Under the pieces are notes generated by a model. The model was not told the DNA's origin. It was given only the letters and a program-made list of their open reading frames with translations, and ran no database searches. The translations under genes and the position numbers were made by a program. A DNA stretch of 32,287 bases from a virus (taxonomy: Duplodnaviria; Caudoviricetes), in the IMG/VR virus record IMGVR_UViG_3300020045_004733, positions 1-32,287 of that record; one strand, written 5' to 3'. Positions 8,110-17,471 of this stretch are shown here, piece after piece. The first letter of the stretch is position 1. Each line of letters begins with the position of its first letter.

Positions 8110-9065
8110 ACGTGCAAATCGTCACGCCTCCGAGCATTGAGCCGATCACCATTCAGGATCTGGCCGATCAGGCGTATCTCGATCCCGACACCTTGTCGGA
8201 GAACCTGACGCCCTACGCCTGCACGCCTGCCGGTAGCCACCCGGTGACGACGGATTACACCCTTTTCGGCGCAGCGGTAGAGGTCATCGGCAAGAAGGCC
8301 CTCGTTTACCTGAGGCCGACGAACAACGGCACCGGGGCAACGGTTGATTGCAAGATCCAGGAGAGTGACGACGGGACGGCGTGGACCGATTGGAAGGTGA
8401 GCGGGGTTGTCCAGGCCTTCACTCAGGTCACGGAAGCGAACGACACCACCATCCAGGAGAAGGAATACACCGGAGCAAAACGGTATATCAGGACGGCCAG
8501 CAAGACGCTTGTCCTGACCTGTGAGTTCGGCACCGATGTGATCGTTAAAGAGGCGGTGAGTGCAGAAAGTACCCTCCTGACGGCGATCATCACGGCAGCC
8601 CGTGAGCATGTCGAGGACATCACGCGGCGGGCGCTCCTGACGCAGGAATGGGACTATTGCCTGAACGAATGGCCGGAAGGCGACGCAATCAAATTGCCCT
8701 TTGGAAATCTGACCACCGTGACAAGCGTCTCTTGGAAAGACACGGACGGGACGGAAACGATATTGACGGCCGGGACCGACTACATCGTTGAGACGAACGG
8801 CGAAGGTATCGGGCGTGTGGTTTTGCCGTATGGGGTGAGCTGGCCGTCGGGATGCCTTTACCCCTCGAATCCGATCAAGGTGCGCTTCGTTTGCGGTTGG
8901 ACGGCGGCGGCGAGTATCCCCCGCAAGATCAAGGTGGCGCTCCTGATGATCTGCAAAGGGCTTTATGACAACAGGGAGGATCAGACCTTCGGGAATTATC
9001 AGTATCAGGAAAACAGGGCGGTCAAGGCGCTTTTGGCCAGTTCGAGGTTGCATGATGAATTTTAA
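8106..9065 (+). CDS. head-tail connector (gp6/gp15-like, phiE125 gp8 family) with inserted beta-sandwich domain
   Basis: N-terminal VTPPSIEPIT, LITAAREHVEDITRRALLTQEW, and IPRKIKVALLMICKGLYDNRE. About 125 aa of extra internal sequence. Confidence 0.85.
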   Translation: MNVQIVTPPSIEPITIQDLADQAYLDPDTLSENLTPYACTPAGSHPVTTDYTLFGAAVEVIGKKALVYLRPTNNGTGATVDCKIQESDDGTAWTDWKVSGVVQAFTQVTEANDTTIQEKEYTGAKRYIRTASKTLVLTCEFGTDVIVKEAVSAESTLLTAIITAAREHVEDITRRALLTQEWDYCLNEWPEGDAIKLPFGNLTTVTSVSWKDTDGTETILTAGTDYIVETNGEGIGRVVLPYGVSWPSGCLYPSNPIKVRFVCGWTAAASIPRKIKVALLMICKGLYDNREDQTFGNYQYQENRAVKALLASSRLHDEF

Positions 9066-9390
9066 GCCAAACACCCGAATCAAGCTGCAATACAAGACCG
9101 TCGTCAAGGACAGCATGGGGACGCCGGTCGAGACTCCGGTGGATGCCCCCAGCGGATCGGCAGACGGAAAAGTGGCGGCACAGAAAACGACCCACCGGAG
9201 CGATGAGGCGGTTCAGGCCATGGCGACCACCGGGACAGCAACCCACAACTTCCGGATTCGCTACCGGCAGGACGCGAACAAGATATGGAGAATTCAAGAG
9301 GGCAACAAGTTCATGGCGATCATTGGGCCGCCTATTGAGGTTGAGCGGAGAAGGTTTCTGGATATCACCGTGCGGGAGGCCACAACGTGA
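9052..9390 (+). CDS. head closure protein (SPP1 gp16-like)
   Basis: RIKLQ...KDSMG...THNFRIRYR...WRI pattern, positioned after the connector. Start may be 9052 or 9055. Confidence 0.8.
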   Translation: MMNFKPNTRIKLQYKTVVKDSMGTPVETPVDAPSGSADGKVAAQKTTHRSDEAVQAMATTGTATHNFRIRYRQDANKIWRIQEGNKFMAIIGPPIEVERRRFLDITVREATT

Positions 9391-9800
9391 AAGCCCTTGA
9401 CGACGCCCTATTTACCAAGCTGACCGGCTCCCTTTTGGATTCTGATATCGGGAATCGGTTTTACAAGGGGCGCGGGCCTGATTCGCCGGAGTTCCCTTAT
9501 GTGGTGCATAGCGTCGTTTCGTCGGTCCCGGAAAAGACGTTCACGGAGCAATACGAGAATATCTTGATCCAGTTCGATCTCTTTTCCTTGGCCTCTGGAT
9601 CGGCTGAGGTTGAAAGCATGTATGACCACCTAAATGCGCTTTATGACGAGTGTTCATTGACCATCACCGGATCGACTCTTGTCTGGATGCGGAGAAATAA
9701 CGCGATCCTGATGGTTGAGGATTACCCCACGACCACGGAAGGGACACAGAAGGTTTGGCATTACGCCGTTGATTTTGAAATCTTGACGAGCCTGAATTAG
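9387..9800 (+). CDS. tail terminator/completion protein (DUF3168-like)
   Basis: FPYVV, IQFDLFS and WHYAVDFEI motifs, plus gene position. Confidence 0.75.
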   Translation: MKALDDALFTKLTGSLLDSDIGNRFYKGRGPDSPEFPYVVHSVVSSVPEKTFTEQYENILIQFDLFSLASGSAEVESMYDHLNALYDECSLTITGSTLVWMRRNNAILMVEDYPTTTEGTQKVWHYAVDFEILTSLN

Positions 9801-9816
9801 GCGGGAAGGAAAAAGA

Positions 9817-11103
9817 ATGTTTTCGATTATTATCCCCATTTTCAACCAGCACGACATGACCGAGGACTGCATCACAGCTATCCGCGAATGCACGCAGGAC
9901 TGTGAAATCATCATCATTGACAACGGATCAACGCCCCCCTTCAAGGCCCCCTTCACCGGGGATATTGAGACGCGGGTGATCCGGAACGAGGAAAACAGGG
10001 GCTTCCCGGTGGCAGTAAATCAGGGAATCCGGGCGGCGAAGGGCGAGACGATCATCCTTTTAAACAACGATGTGGTGGTGACTCCGGATTGGGCGGCCCG
10101 GCTCGAAAGCCATATCACCCCTCTTATCCTGACGCAGCAGGAAATAAAAGATGGGTTTCAGGTTGGCGGCGTTCCTTTGTCGATCGTCGGCCCGCTGACG
10201 AACTATGCCGCGGGCCTTCAACGGGCGCAGATCGCTGACTATCAAAACAAAGAGGAACTTTACAAAGAAGCCTCTGCCCTTTCCGAAGAGCAGGCCGGAG
10301 AAGCGGAAGAGGTCAACTTCGTCATCGGATTCTGCATGGCCTTCAAGCGGTCCCTCTATGACGAGATCGGCCCCTTTGACGAATCCCTGTGGCCATGCTC
10401 CGGGGAAGAGATTGACTTTTGCCTCCGGGCACGGGCGGCTGGCCATAGGATCGGGATTGCCCATGATGTCTATGTCCATCACGAGGGTTCGCAGACGTTC
10501 AAGATCATCGATGCCGACTATGACGCCATTGTGAAGCGAAACGACGCCCACCTTGCCGAGAAATGGGGCGCGGACTTCTGGCAACGTCAAGCGGTTGTGC
10601 CGGCCTGCGAAGGGGTGCGGCTCAACCTTGGGTGCGGTCCTTTTCCGATGCAGGGATTCACGAACGTCGACCAATTTCCAGAGGTCAACCCGGATCTCGT
10701 TTGCGACATAACGGCCCTGCCGTATGAGCCCGGAACGGTCAGTGAGATTTACGCCGGGCATGTCCTTGAACACTTCATGTTTGCGGACGGCCAGAAGGCC
10801 CTGCGCTACTGGCTGACCCTCTTGAAGCCGGGCGGATTGATTAGTGTCGTGGTTCCTGACTATGATTTTCTCGTGAAAGAGTACGTCAAGAACATGACCC
10901 CGGAAAAGCTGATCGAGTTCAACGACACCTATATTTACTCGGGGATTCAGCCGTCGCCGCACCTTTACGCATACAGCGCGGCCCTCCTTGAGAAGTGCAT
11001 GGCAGAGGCGGGCTTCGCAAACATTGAGCGGATGCCGGTCAACCATCCCTATTTCCCCTTTGCTGTCGATTGGCAATGCGGGTTTCAGGGGGTGCGGCCG
11101 TGA
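9817..11103 (+). CDS. GT2 glycosyltransferase fused to C-terminal class I SAM methyltransferase
   Basis: GT2: SIIIPIFN, IIIDNGS, NRGFPVAVNQG, LLNNDVV, EEIDFCLR, VHHEGS. MTase: LNLGCG, GFTNVD, HVLEHF, LKPGG. Confidence 0.93.
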   Translation: MFSIIIPIFNQHDMTEDCITAIRECTQDCEIIIIDNGSTPPFKAPFTGDIETRVIRNEENRGFPVAVNQGIRAAKGETIILLNNDVVVTPDWAARLESHITPLILTQQEIKDGFQVGGVPLSIVGPLTNYAAGLQRAQIADYQNKEELYKEASALSEEQAGEAEEVNFVIGFCMAFKRSLYDEIGPFDESLWPCSGEEIDFCLRARAAGHRIGIAHDVYVHHEGSQTFKIIDADYDAIVKRNDAHLAEKWGADFWQRQAVVPACEGVRLNLGCGPFPMQGFTNVDQFPEVNPDLVCDITALPYEPGTVSEIYAGHVLEHFMFADGQKALRYWLTLLKPGGLISVVVPDYDFLVKEYVKNMTPEKLIEFNDTYIYSGIQPSPHLYAYSAALLEKCMAEAGFANIERMPVNHPYFPFAVDWQCGFQGVRP

Positions 11104-11771
11104 AAATAAGCAATCAGAAACTGGCAATCGGCATCCCCTGCACGTTCCCGCTTATCCCGGATGGCTTCTTCTACTCCTACGCCCTAATGGAAAAGCCGGA
11201 GCATGTCTTTATCCATGCCGACAACGGGCCGATTGATACCTTGCGGAACGACATCGTTAAAAAGGCTCTGATGGCCGGGGCTACAAGATTGATCATGCTT
11301 GACGTGGATATGATCTATCATCCCCAGACAATCACGCGGCTCCTGTCTCACAAGTTGCCGGTGGTTGGTGGCCTGACCTTCCGCCGATATCCACCTTTTG
11401 ACGCCCTCATGCTCAAGGTAAAACCGATCAATGAGCATGTCAACGGCTATGAGAGTGTAGAGGAATGGGGGAAAAATGAACTGATCGAGGTGGACGCGAC
11501 CGGGGCCGGGTGCCTCATGTTCGACATGGAGATTTTCAAGAAGATGCCGCGCCCGTGGTTCCGGTTTCAGAAGCAAGAGGAAACGGGGTCCGTCATAGGC
11601 GAAGACATCGGATTTTGCCAGGAATTAAAGGCGGCAGGATATCGGATCTTCGTTGATACCTCCATCCCTTCGGACCATCTGACAAGGATTGCGGTAAATG
11701 AGGCGACGCACCGCCTTTATACGGCGTGCAAGAGCGCACAAGCGGCAAAGGCCGCCCTCGCGGGCGGGTAG
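11100..11771 (+). CDS. GT-A fold glycosyltransferase (GT2-like)
   Basis: GTG start overlaps the upstream TGA. RNDIVK, MLDVDM (DxD), VDATGAGCL, GEDIGFC, GYRIFVD. Confidence 0.85.
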   Translation: MKISNQKLAIGIPCTFPLIPDGFFYSYALMEKPEHVFIHADNGPIDTLRNDIVKKALMAGATRLIMLDVDMIYHPQTITRLLSHKLPVVGGLTFRRYPPFDALMLKVKPINEHVNGYESVEEWGKNELIEVDATGAGCLMFDMEIFKKMPRPWFRFQKQEETGSVIGEDIGFCQELKAAGYRIFVDTSIPSDHLTRIAVNEATHRLYTACKSAQAAKAALAGG

Positions 11772-11806
11772 AATAAAATACAACCGATAAGTAGGAGGAC
11801 AATATC

Positions 11807-12250
11807 ATGGGAACCACGAGAGCGGCAGTCCAGAACGGCAGTTTTCAGAAAGTGACACTGGGGGCTACGTCGAAGGTGTTGGGCGCTGGAACTTGGGAAA
11901 TCTCCGGCGGGGACAGAAAGACGGTCGATTCGTCCGAGTTCGGCGACGATCTAGATCAGTTCGAGTTCAGCACGGCAGACGGCGGGACCATATCCATTTC
12001 CGGCGTCAACCTCGATCCGACCGACCCCGAGCAGAACACCCTGCGGAATTGTGCACAGAACAAGGTCAAGCTGATCAATTCCGTCACGTCCGGGCCTCGT
12101 TTCTGGATCAATTCCACGTCCTATTACACCATCGGGACGAGCGGCGCGATCCTTATGACGAGCTGCGGCGCGGTAAAGGCTGACCGTAACAACCTGGCCA
12201 AGACGGACTTCAACGGGAAAGTCTCCGGGGCCTTCATGTACCTGATCTAA
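11807..12250 (+). CDS. major tail tube protein
   Basis: 147 aa, strong SD AGGAGG. W.ISG..KTVDSSEFGD...DGGTISISG pattern. Directly upstream of the chaperone and TMP genes. Confidence 0.75.
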   Translation: MGTTRAAVQNGSFQKVTLGATSKVLGAGTWEISGGDRKTVDSSEFGDDLDQFEFSTADGGTISISGVNLDPTDPEQNTLRNCAQNKVKLINSVTSGPRFWINSTSYYTIGTSGAILMTSCGAVKADRNNLAKTDFNGKVSGAFMYLI

Positions 12251-12279
12251 ACAAGCCGAGAGGCGGAAAGGTTTTGGAA

Positions 12280-12687
12280 ATGATTATCGATCTTGAAGAG
12301 AAAGAAGTGACGGGGACGTTTGAATTGGCGGGGGGCGGCAAGGTGCATCTTCGGCTTTTGAACAGTGTCGACCTGAAAGTCATGCGGAAGGAGTGCTTTA
12401 AAAAGCGCGTCGAGTATCCCCTCGTCGGAGAAGGTAAAGCCGCCCATTATCAGCGTTTTGAGTCGGAGGAATTTGACTCCGAGAAATTCCAGCGGATGGG
12501 ATGGGAGCGGAACATCACCGGATGGGATGATCTCTTTGACCGGGATGAAAAGCTGATCCCCGTCACGACAGAAAACAAGGCCCTCCTGATGGAACGGGTG
12601 CCTCAGATCAACGAGGCCGTCACGAAAGGAAACAAGATCCTCCAGGAGCAGGAAAAGGAGCGGGCCGAAGCCGCTGAAAAAAACTGA
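12280..12687 (+). CDS. tail assembly chaperone (lambda gpG-like)
   Basis: NITGWDDL...IPVTTENK pattern, ending in EKN at a slippery site. Start at 12280 (ATG) or 12274 (TTG). Confidence 0.8.
   Translation: MIIDLEEKEVTGTFELAGGGKVHLRLLNSVDLKVMRKECFKKRVEYPLVGEGKAAHYQRFESEEFDSEKFQRMGWERNITGWDDLFDRDEKLIPVTTENKALLMERVPQINEAVTKGNKILQEQEKERAEAAEKN
12678..12684 (+). other. -1 programmed ribosomal frameshift site A AAA AAC (G/GT)
   Basis: X XXY YYZ heptamer just before the TGA. The -1 frame is open from 12684 (LIEWVEFADFQAR...) into ORF 12744..13070. Confidence 0.8.
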
Positions 12688-13070
12688 TTGAGTGGGTCGA
12701 GTTTGCTGACTTTCAGGCTCGATCCACCTTTAAACTCGATGGCGTGGTCATGTCGGCCTGCGAAAAATGCCGCATGGACTACGCAGAAAGGAATCCGCCC
12801 GATCCGCCTTGCGAATCATGTCGGGTGGAACTGGTGGAAGAAAACGCCGACGCAGCAAAAGTCTACATGACCGTCCGTAGTCAAGTCCTGATGCGGACGA
12901 GGTTCACCGAACACGGGATGCCCTACAGCGAGCCCTACGATTTAAACCACCTCGCGATCTGGGCGGCGATCGACGGCTACGGGATCAGGGACCGGGCGGG
13001 AGTTTTTGAAAAGGTATGCCGGACATGGCACACGATCCAAAGGGAGAGGCGGGACGATGGGGGCGATTGA
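12684..13070 (+). CDS. tail chaperone gpT segment (frameshift extension)
   Basis: Open -1 frame containing CEKC...CESC and EENADAAKVY...DLNHLAI. Lies between gpG and the TMP. Confidence 0.7.
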   Translation: MIEWVEFADFQARSTFKLDGVVMSACEKCRMDYAERNPPDPPCESCRVELVEENADAAKVYMTVRSQVLMRTRFTEHGMPYSEPYDLNHLAIWAAIDGYGIRDRAGVFEKVCRTWHTIQRERRDDGGD

Positions 13071-13494
13071 TTTCAACCTGCAAAAGTTCGACGGCGAGTT
13101 CAAGGCGGCAGGGATGGCCCGCGTCGTTAAGGCCGCCGAAGCTATCCGCGACGCCGCTAAAGGCTTCTGTAGAGAGGGAACCGTCACCCGCATTCCCGGC
13201 CGAAAGACAATGGTTGTCAACGGCCGCAAGGTCGAATCGACATCGCCGCCGGAATGGATGGAGCGCACGCCCGGCGCAATGAAAAAGACCATCCGCGTCG
13301 TTAGGCTCAAGACGGAAAATCTCGACATGAGCAAGCCGGAAAACGTCCGGGTTTATGCAGGCAACAAGAAAACATGGTGGGCAACGCAAATGGAGTTCGG
13401 GTTCGGCGCATGGAAGGGCGGGGCGAAGCCTTTTTTGAGGCCCGGACTCCGCACGGCTGAAAGTAAAGCCAGGGCTATTATCGAGGGCAAATAA
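13057..13494 (+). CDS. HK97 gp10-like neck/tail-completion protein
   Basis: AAEAIRDAAK, TPGAMKKTI, WWATQMEFG and AKPFLRPGL motifs. Start reassigned to ATG 13057. Confidence 0.8.
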   Translation: MGAIDFNLQKFDGEFKAAGMARVVKAAEAIRDAAKGFCREGTVTRIPGRKTMVVNGRKVESTSPPEWMERTPGAMKKTIRVVRLKTENLDMSKPENVRVYAGNKKTWWATQMEFGFGAWKGGAKPFLRPGLRTAESKARAIIEGK

Positions 13495-16323
13495 ATGGCT
13501 GAGGGAAAACCAGTTGGGACAATGTTCGTGGAATTGTCGATGGACGCCACGAAATATACAAAGGCCCAAAAAGATATTCTTGCCGGTGCTGAGAAAAACA
13601 GCGCTGACATCAATAAGGTGTTCAAGACGGTCGGCACGCAGAGCGATCAGATGTACAACGCTATGCGGCAGAACATCCAGAACGCCTACAACGCCATCGC
13701 GAAATCCGCCACTTCTTCCGCCGACGAGATCCGCAGGGCGCACGAAGCATCGGCTGCGAAGATTTCCGCTATCGACAAGGCGCAATTCGGAGAAAAGACC
13801 TCCCTTATATCATCCCTAAAGTCCAACTGGATCTCCGCCGCAGCCGTAATAGGGACCGCGACAATGGCCGCCACGAAAGCATGGGACATGGCGAAAGTGG
13901 GGGCATCTTATGACGAGCAACGCGGCATCCTCGACAACCTCGGCCGAAAGTATAACCAGACCGCCGACGAGATCGTGCAGGCGATGGACCGGGCCGCAGA
14001 TAATCAGATAGCAAAATCTGACCTGATGAAGATCGCCCTCGGTGGGCTCGCCAAGGGCCTTGACCCGAAGCAGTTGACAGACCTTGCCGACGCCGCGCTG
14101 ATCCTCGGTGACGCGGTGGGGGTGGACGCAAAGACCGCCCTTGATGATCTGACGCAAGCCCTTGAATCCGGGAGAACGAAAGGCCTCAAGACCTACCTCG
14201 GCACCTCCCTTGACCTCGCCACGGCTTTCGGTGGCCTCGAAAGCAAGATGACCGCCGTCGAGAAAACGCAGGCCATGTATAACCTGACGATACAGGCGGC
14301 GGCGGGGTTGCAGGCGCAGCAGACAACAAAAGTCGATGGAGGGGCAGACGCCATCGACAGGATGGAAAAGAAATACAACGACGCCACTCTTGCCGTTTCC
14401 CGGTTTTTTAAGAGCATGGTTGTCGGGGCGATCGACGCCGCAAGCGCACCCCCTATCAAGTACAAGATCACCCGCGACGAAATGGGGCTGTATCATAAAA
14501 CGGTTATAACAGAGAACAAGTCCTCCGAAGAAGATGACGCCTATCTTGGGGCGGCCATGAAGGCGGCAAGGGCCAAGGCCGATAATGACGCTTTAAGGGC
14601 CTCTCTTGAAAAGCGGGAAGCAGAAAAGAAAGTAACCGAATTTGCCGCGAAGGATGCTATCGAGTCTATCAGAGACAAGCAAGAGGCAGAGGACTTATAT
14701 AATCGCAATGTTTATGAATGGACCGTTGACCGCCTGAGACTCGAAGAAAAGATGCGGAAGGACGGGGATGATATTGTCAAAGAATCCAACAAAAAGCGTG
14801 AAGAGTGGGAGAAGGACAGCCAAAAGAGGGTTACAGAGGGCGAAAAAATAGCGGCTGACTTTTACAAGGACAAGAAAAAAGAGGACGCGAAACGGGCAGA
14901 GGACCGCGTCAAAGCCGAGCGTGACATCTACACCGACATCCGGGGGTTCGAGACTGAGTCCTATGCCGCCTCAATCGCCCTGATTGAAGATCAGGCAAAA
15001 AAATATCGGGAGATGGGCGTTTCGGAGGTGGCCGTCGCCCGTTGGGTCGCCGAGGAAACGGAAAAGGCTGAGATCAAGAAGCTCAAGGCGTCGAAGGATT
15101 GGCGAGACGGCATAAAGGCCTACTACAAAGAGGCCGAGAAGGACGCGAAGCATTGGGGCGATTACTCCTATGACGTTGCGAAAGCATTCGGAACCGACTC
15201 CCGCAAGGCATTGTCATCAACTCTTTTCTCTACAATGAAGGGTGATTTCGAGAACATCGAGGATGCATGGCGCGGCCTCATGGACTCCATGCTGAAGAAG
15301 TTGGCCGATTCCGCCGCTGATATGGTTGTTTCATGGATGGAAACGAACGTGACCATGAACAGCATTTCGGCAACCTCCGGCTATGTCACTTCCGGCCTCT
15401 CCGCTTTGGGTAGTTACGCAATCGGGGCCGCGTCTGACTGGCTCGGTCTTGCCGTTGGTCAGTGGTCCGTCCCCGAAGATAAAATCTCTCTCTTGCATGA
15501 GGGGGAAATGGTTGTCCCCGCCGAATATGCGGCACTTGTGCGGAAGTTGATGGAGACATCGGGCGGCTCTCTTGAGCCAGGCCAGAACAGTTTTGCGGCG
15601 TCGCTGGCTGAAAGTAACGGATGGCGTGATAGTAACCCGTTTATGGCCGAACTGATGGACAACACGATGACCAGCAATATAGGCCATTCTGCCCTAAGCG
15701 GCGGGGTGAAGGGCGGTATTACTGGCGGGCTGGCTGGCGCGTTGGCGGGCGCTTTAGGCGGGGCGTTGCGGGGCGGTATTCTCGGGGCGCTCGAAAATAT
15801 AGGGAACTTTTATGGGTGGACATCCGCAGGGCGTGCAGCGTCATGGCTTGATGGTGCCCTTGCTGCCCCTGGCTTTTACAATGATTTTAATGCCGCTATT
15901 GCATGGAATAGCTATCAGGATCAAGCAAGTGGCATCGCTACAACCCAAGCGGAGGCAGTTGCTGACTCGTGGAATAGCTATCAGGACGCTGCAAGTGGTG
16001 TCGATGAAAGTGGCGGCAGCACATCGGACGGAAACCCCAACTCCGGCGGAAGCGGAGAGGAAGGATGGCGAAACGGCGGCATCTCATCCGGCCCCAATAC
16101 TGGATACATGGCCCTAATGCACGGGACAGAGGCCCACGTTCCCCTGCCGAACGGGAAATCCATTCCGGTTGAGATGAAGGGGGGAGCACAAGGGGTCGTG
16201 ATCCAGAACCTTCAACTCTTTATCGGCGGGAAAGAATTTGAGGGAGAAATGAAAGTCATTGCCGACGGTGTGGTGGTCGCCCGCAACCAGCGCAACGTGA
16301 ACCCCATGCAGAGGGTGTATTGA
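13495..16323 (+). CDS. tape measure protein
   Basis: 942 aa. N-terminal VGTMFVELSMD, Ala/Lys/Glu helical body, and C-terminal LHEGEMVVP and MHGTEAHVP motifs. Confidence 0.92.
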   Translation: MAEGKPVGTMFVELSMDATKYTKAQKDILAGAEKNSADINKVFKTVGTQSDQMYNAMRQNIQNAYNAIAKSATSSADEIRRAHEASAAKISAIDKAQFGEKTSLISSLKSNWISAAAVIGTATMAATKAWDMAKVGASYDEQRGILDNLGRKYNQTADEIVQAMDRAADNQIAKSDLMKIALGGLAKGLDPKQLTDLADAALILGDAVGVDAKTALDDLTQALESGRTKGLKTYLGTSLDLATAFGGLESKMTAVEKTQAMYNLTIQAAAGLQAQQTTKVDGGADAIDRMEKKYNDATLAVSRFFKSMVVGAIDAASAPPIKYKITRDEMGLYHKTVITENKSSEEDDAYLGAAMKAARAKADNDALRASLEKREAEKKVTEFAAKDAIESIRDKQEAEDLYNRNVYEWTVDRLRLEEKMRKDGDDIVKESNKKREEWEKDSQKRVTEGEKIAADFYKDKKKEDAKRAEDRVKAERDIYTDIRGFETESYAASIALIEDQAKKYREMGVSEVAVARWVAEETEKAEIKKLKASKDWRDGIKAYYKEAEKDAKHWGDYSYDVAKAFGTDSRKALSSTLFSTMKGDFENIEDAWRGLMDSMLKKLADSAADMVVSWMETNVTMNSISATSGYVTSGLSALGSYAIGAASDWLGLAVGQWSVPEDKISLLHEGEMVVPAEYAALVRKLMETSGGSLEPGQNSFAASLAESNGWRDSNPFMAELMDNTMTSNIGHSALSGGVKGGITGGLAGALAGALGGALRGGILGALENIGNFYGWTSAGRAASWLDGALAAPGFYNDFNAAIAWNSYQDQASGIATTQAEAVADSWNSYQDAASGVDESGGSTSDGNPNSGGSGEEGWRNGGISSGPNTGYMALMHGTEAHVPLPNGKSIPVEMKGGAQGVVIQNLQLFIGGKEFEGEMKVIADGVVVARNQRNVNPMQRVY

Positions 16324-17471
16324 TGCTACTCGTTGAAATAACAATAAATGGCGTTAAAAACTACGTCTCCATCGACGGCCACGGGCTGACGAACAACTGG
16401 AAGCCCCGGATCATTGGGTTTGATGCGCCGATGCTGGCCTTACCGTCCGATCACGGCGGATATGCCAGGCTTACATTTGGCAGCATTCAGTTCAACCCGC
16501 TCCTCTTTGCGGGAGATTACCCGCCCCCTGTTTCGTGTCCTATCGCCATTTATTACACGGACACAACAGAGGCGGCGCGGGAACTGATATTTGAGGGGAC
16601 GGCCCACCTCGCAAGTTTCGACCGTGAGAGCGTGTCTTATGAACTGCATGGACCGTCTTATGACGAGATGCTGACCATAAAAGGAGTTGGCCCGCTCGTG
16701 TCCGGCAGGGCATATAAAATTATTTCCTATGTTGCCGGGGACGACTTCACGAATGTAGGGGGGACGAACGTCACCGGGAATATCTTCACGGCAAGCGGGA
16801 CAACGCCGACCGTGTGGGCGAATTTTTCAAAGCTGGCTCCCATCTGGAACATGACACTGAACGCCACCATAACCGATATTCTGTCGAGGATACCGGAAAT
16901 AACATCCGTTGACACTGGATATGCCCGCGCCTCGTCCCCTGATGTGCTTTACACGCTGGCATCCGACCGACTGGCAATCAACACGGCCTCAGACATAGCG
17001 GCATTTTACAGCCACCTGATTTATATCATCGGTTCTACGGCCTATCTCGTGGACATGCTTCTGGATAACGGTGCCGATTGGGATCTCACGGAGTTCAAGT
17101 TTTTTGCAATGGCACAGTATAAAAACAAGACGCCTCTTGCGGCTATAACGTGTAGCTCCGGCGGCGTAGTGTATTCCGAAGTCTCCGCATACTCTTACGG
17201 GACCACGACAAGCGTTGAACCTTATCACTCGACACAGGCAAACATCGAGGCGGCATTGACGGATATTCTGGCCATCGAAAATTCACCCCGGATCAATATC
17301 AGCGTGCCAATGATCGCCGGAAACTTCCCGCGACTGGGACAGAAAATCACCATACCAGACACCTCCCATATTGCGGACCTGTCATCATGGATCAGAGCGC
17401 GGAAGCTGTCCTATGATTTCCTTAACGATTCAATCAACATTGAGGGCGAGGGGGCCATTGCAGCGGCATGA
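16320..17471 (+). CDS. tail tip / baseplate hub protein
   Basis: Follows the TMP, beta-rich, with hub-like C-terminal LGQKITI...INIEGEG. Start may be 16323. Confidence 0.6.
   Translation: MMLLVEITINGVKNYVSIDGHGLTNNWKPRIIGFDAPMLALPSDHGGYARLTFGSIQFNPLLFAGDYPPPVSCPIAIYYTDTTEAARELIFEGTAHLASFDRESVSYELHGPSYDEMLTIKGVGPLVSGRAYKIISYVAGDDFTNVGGTNVTGNIFTASGTTPTVWANFSKLAPIWNMTLNATITDILSRIPEITSVDTGYARASSPDVLYTLASDRLAINTASDIAAFYSHLIYIIGSTAYLVDMLLDNGADWDLTEFKFFAMAQYKNKTPLAAITCSSGGVVYSEVSAYSYGTTTSVEPYHSTQANIEAALTDILAIENSPRINISVPMIAGNFPRLGQKITIPDTSHIADLSSWIRARKLSYDFLNDSINIEGEGAIAAA

Noticed and set aside
8100-14496. Long antisense ORFs (8100..9116, 10060..11127, 12985..13785, 13816..14496) and 1524..2303
   Set aside because: Shadow frames of well-supported GC-rich + strand genes, with no motifs or SDs.
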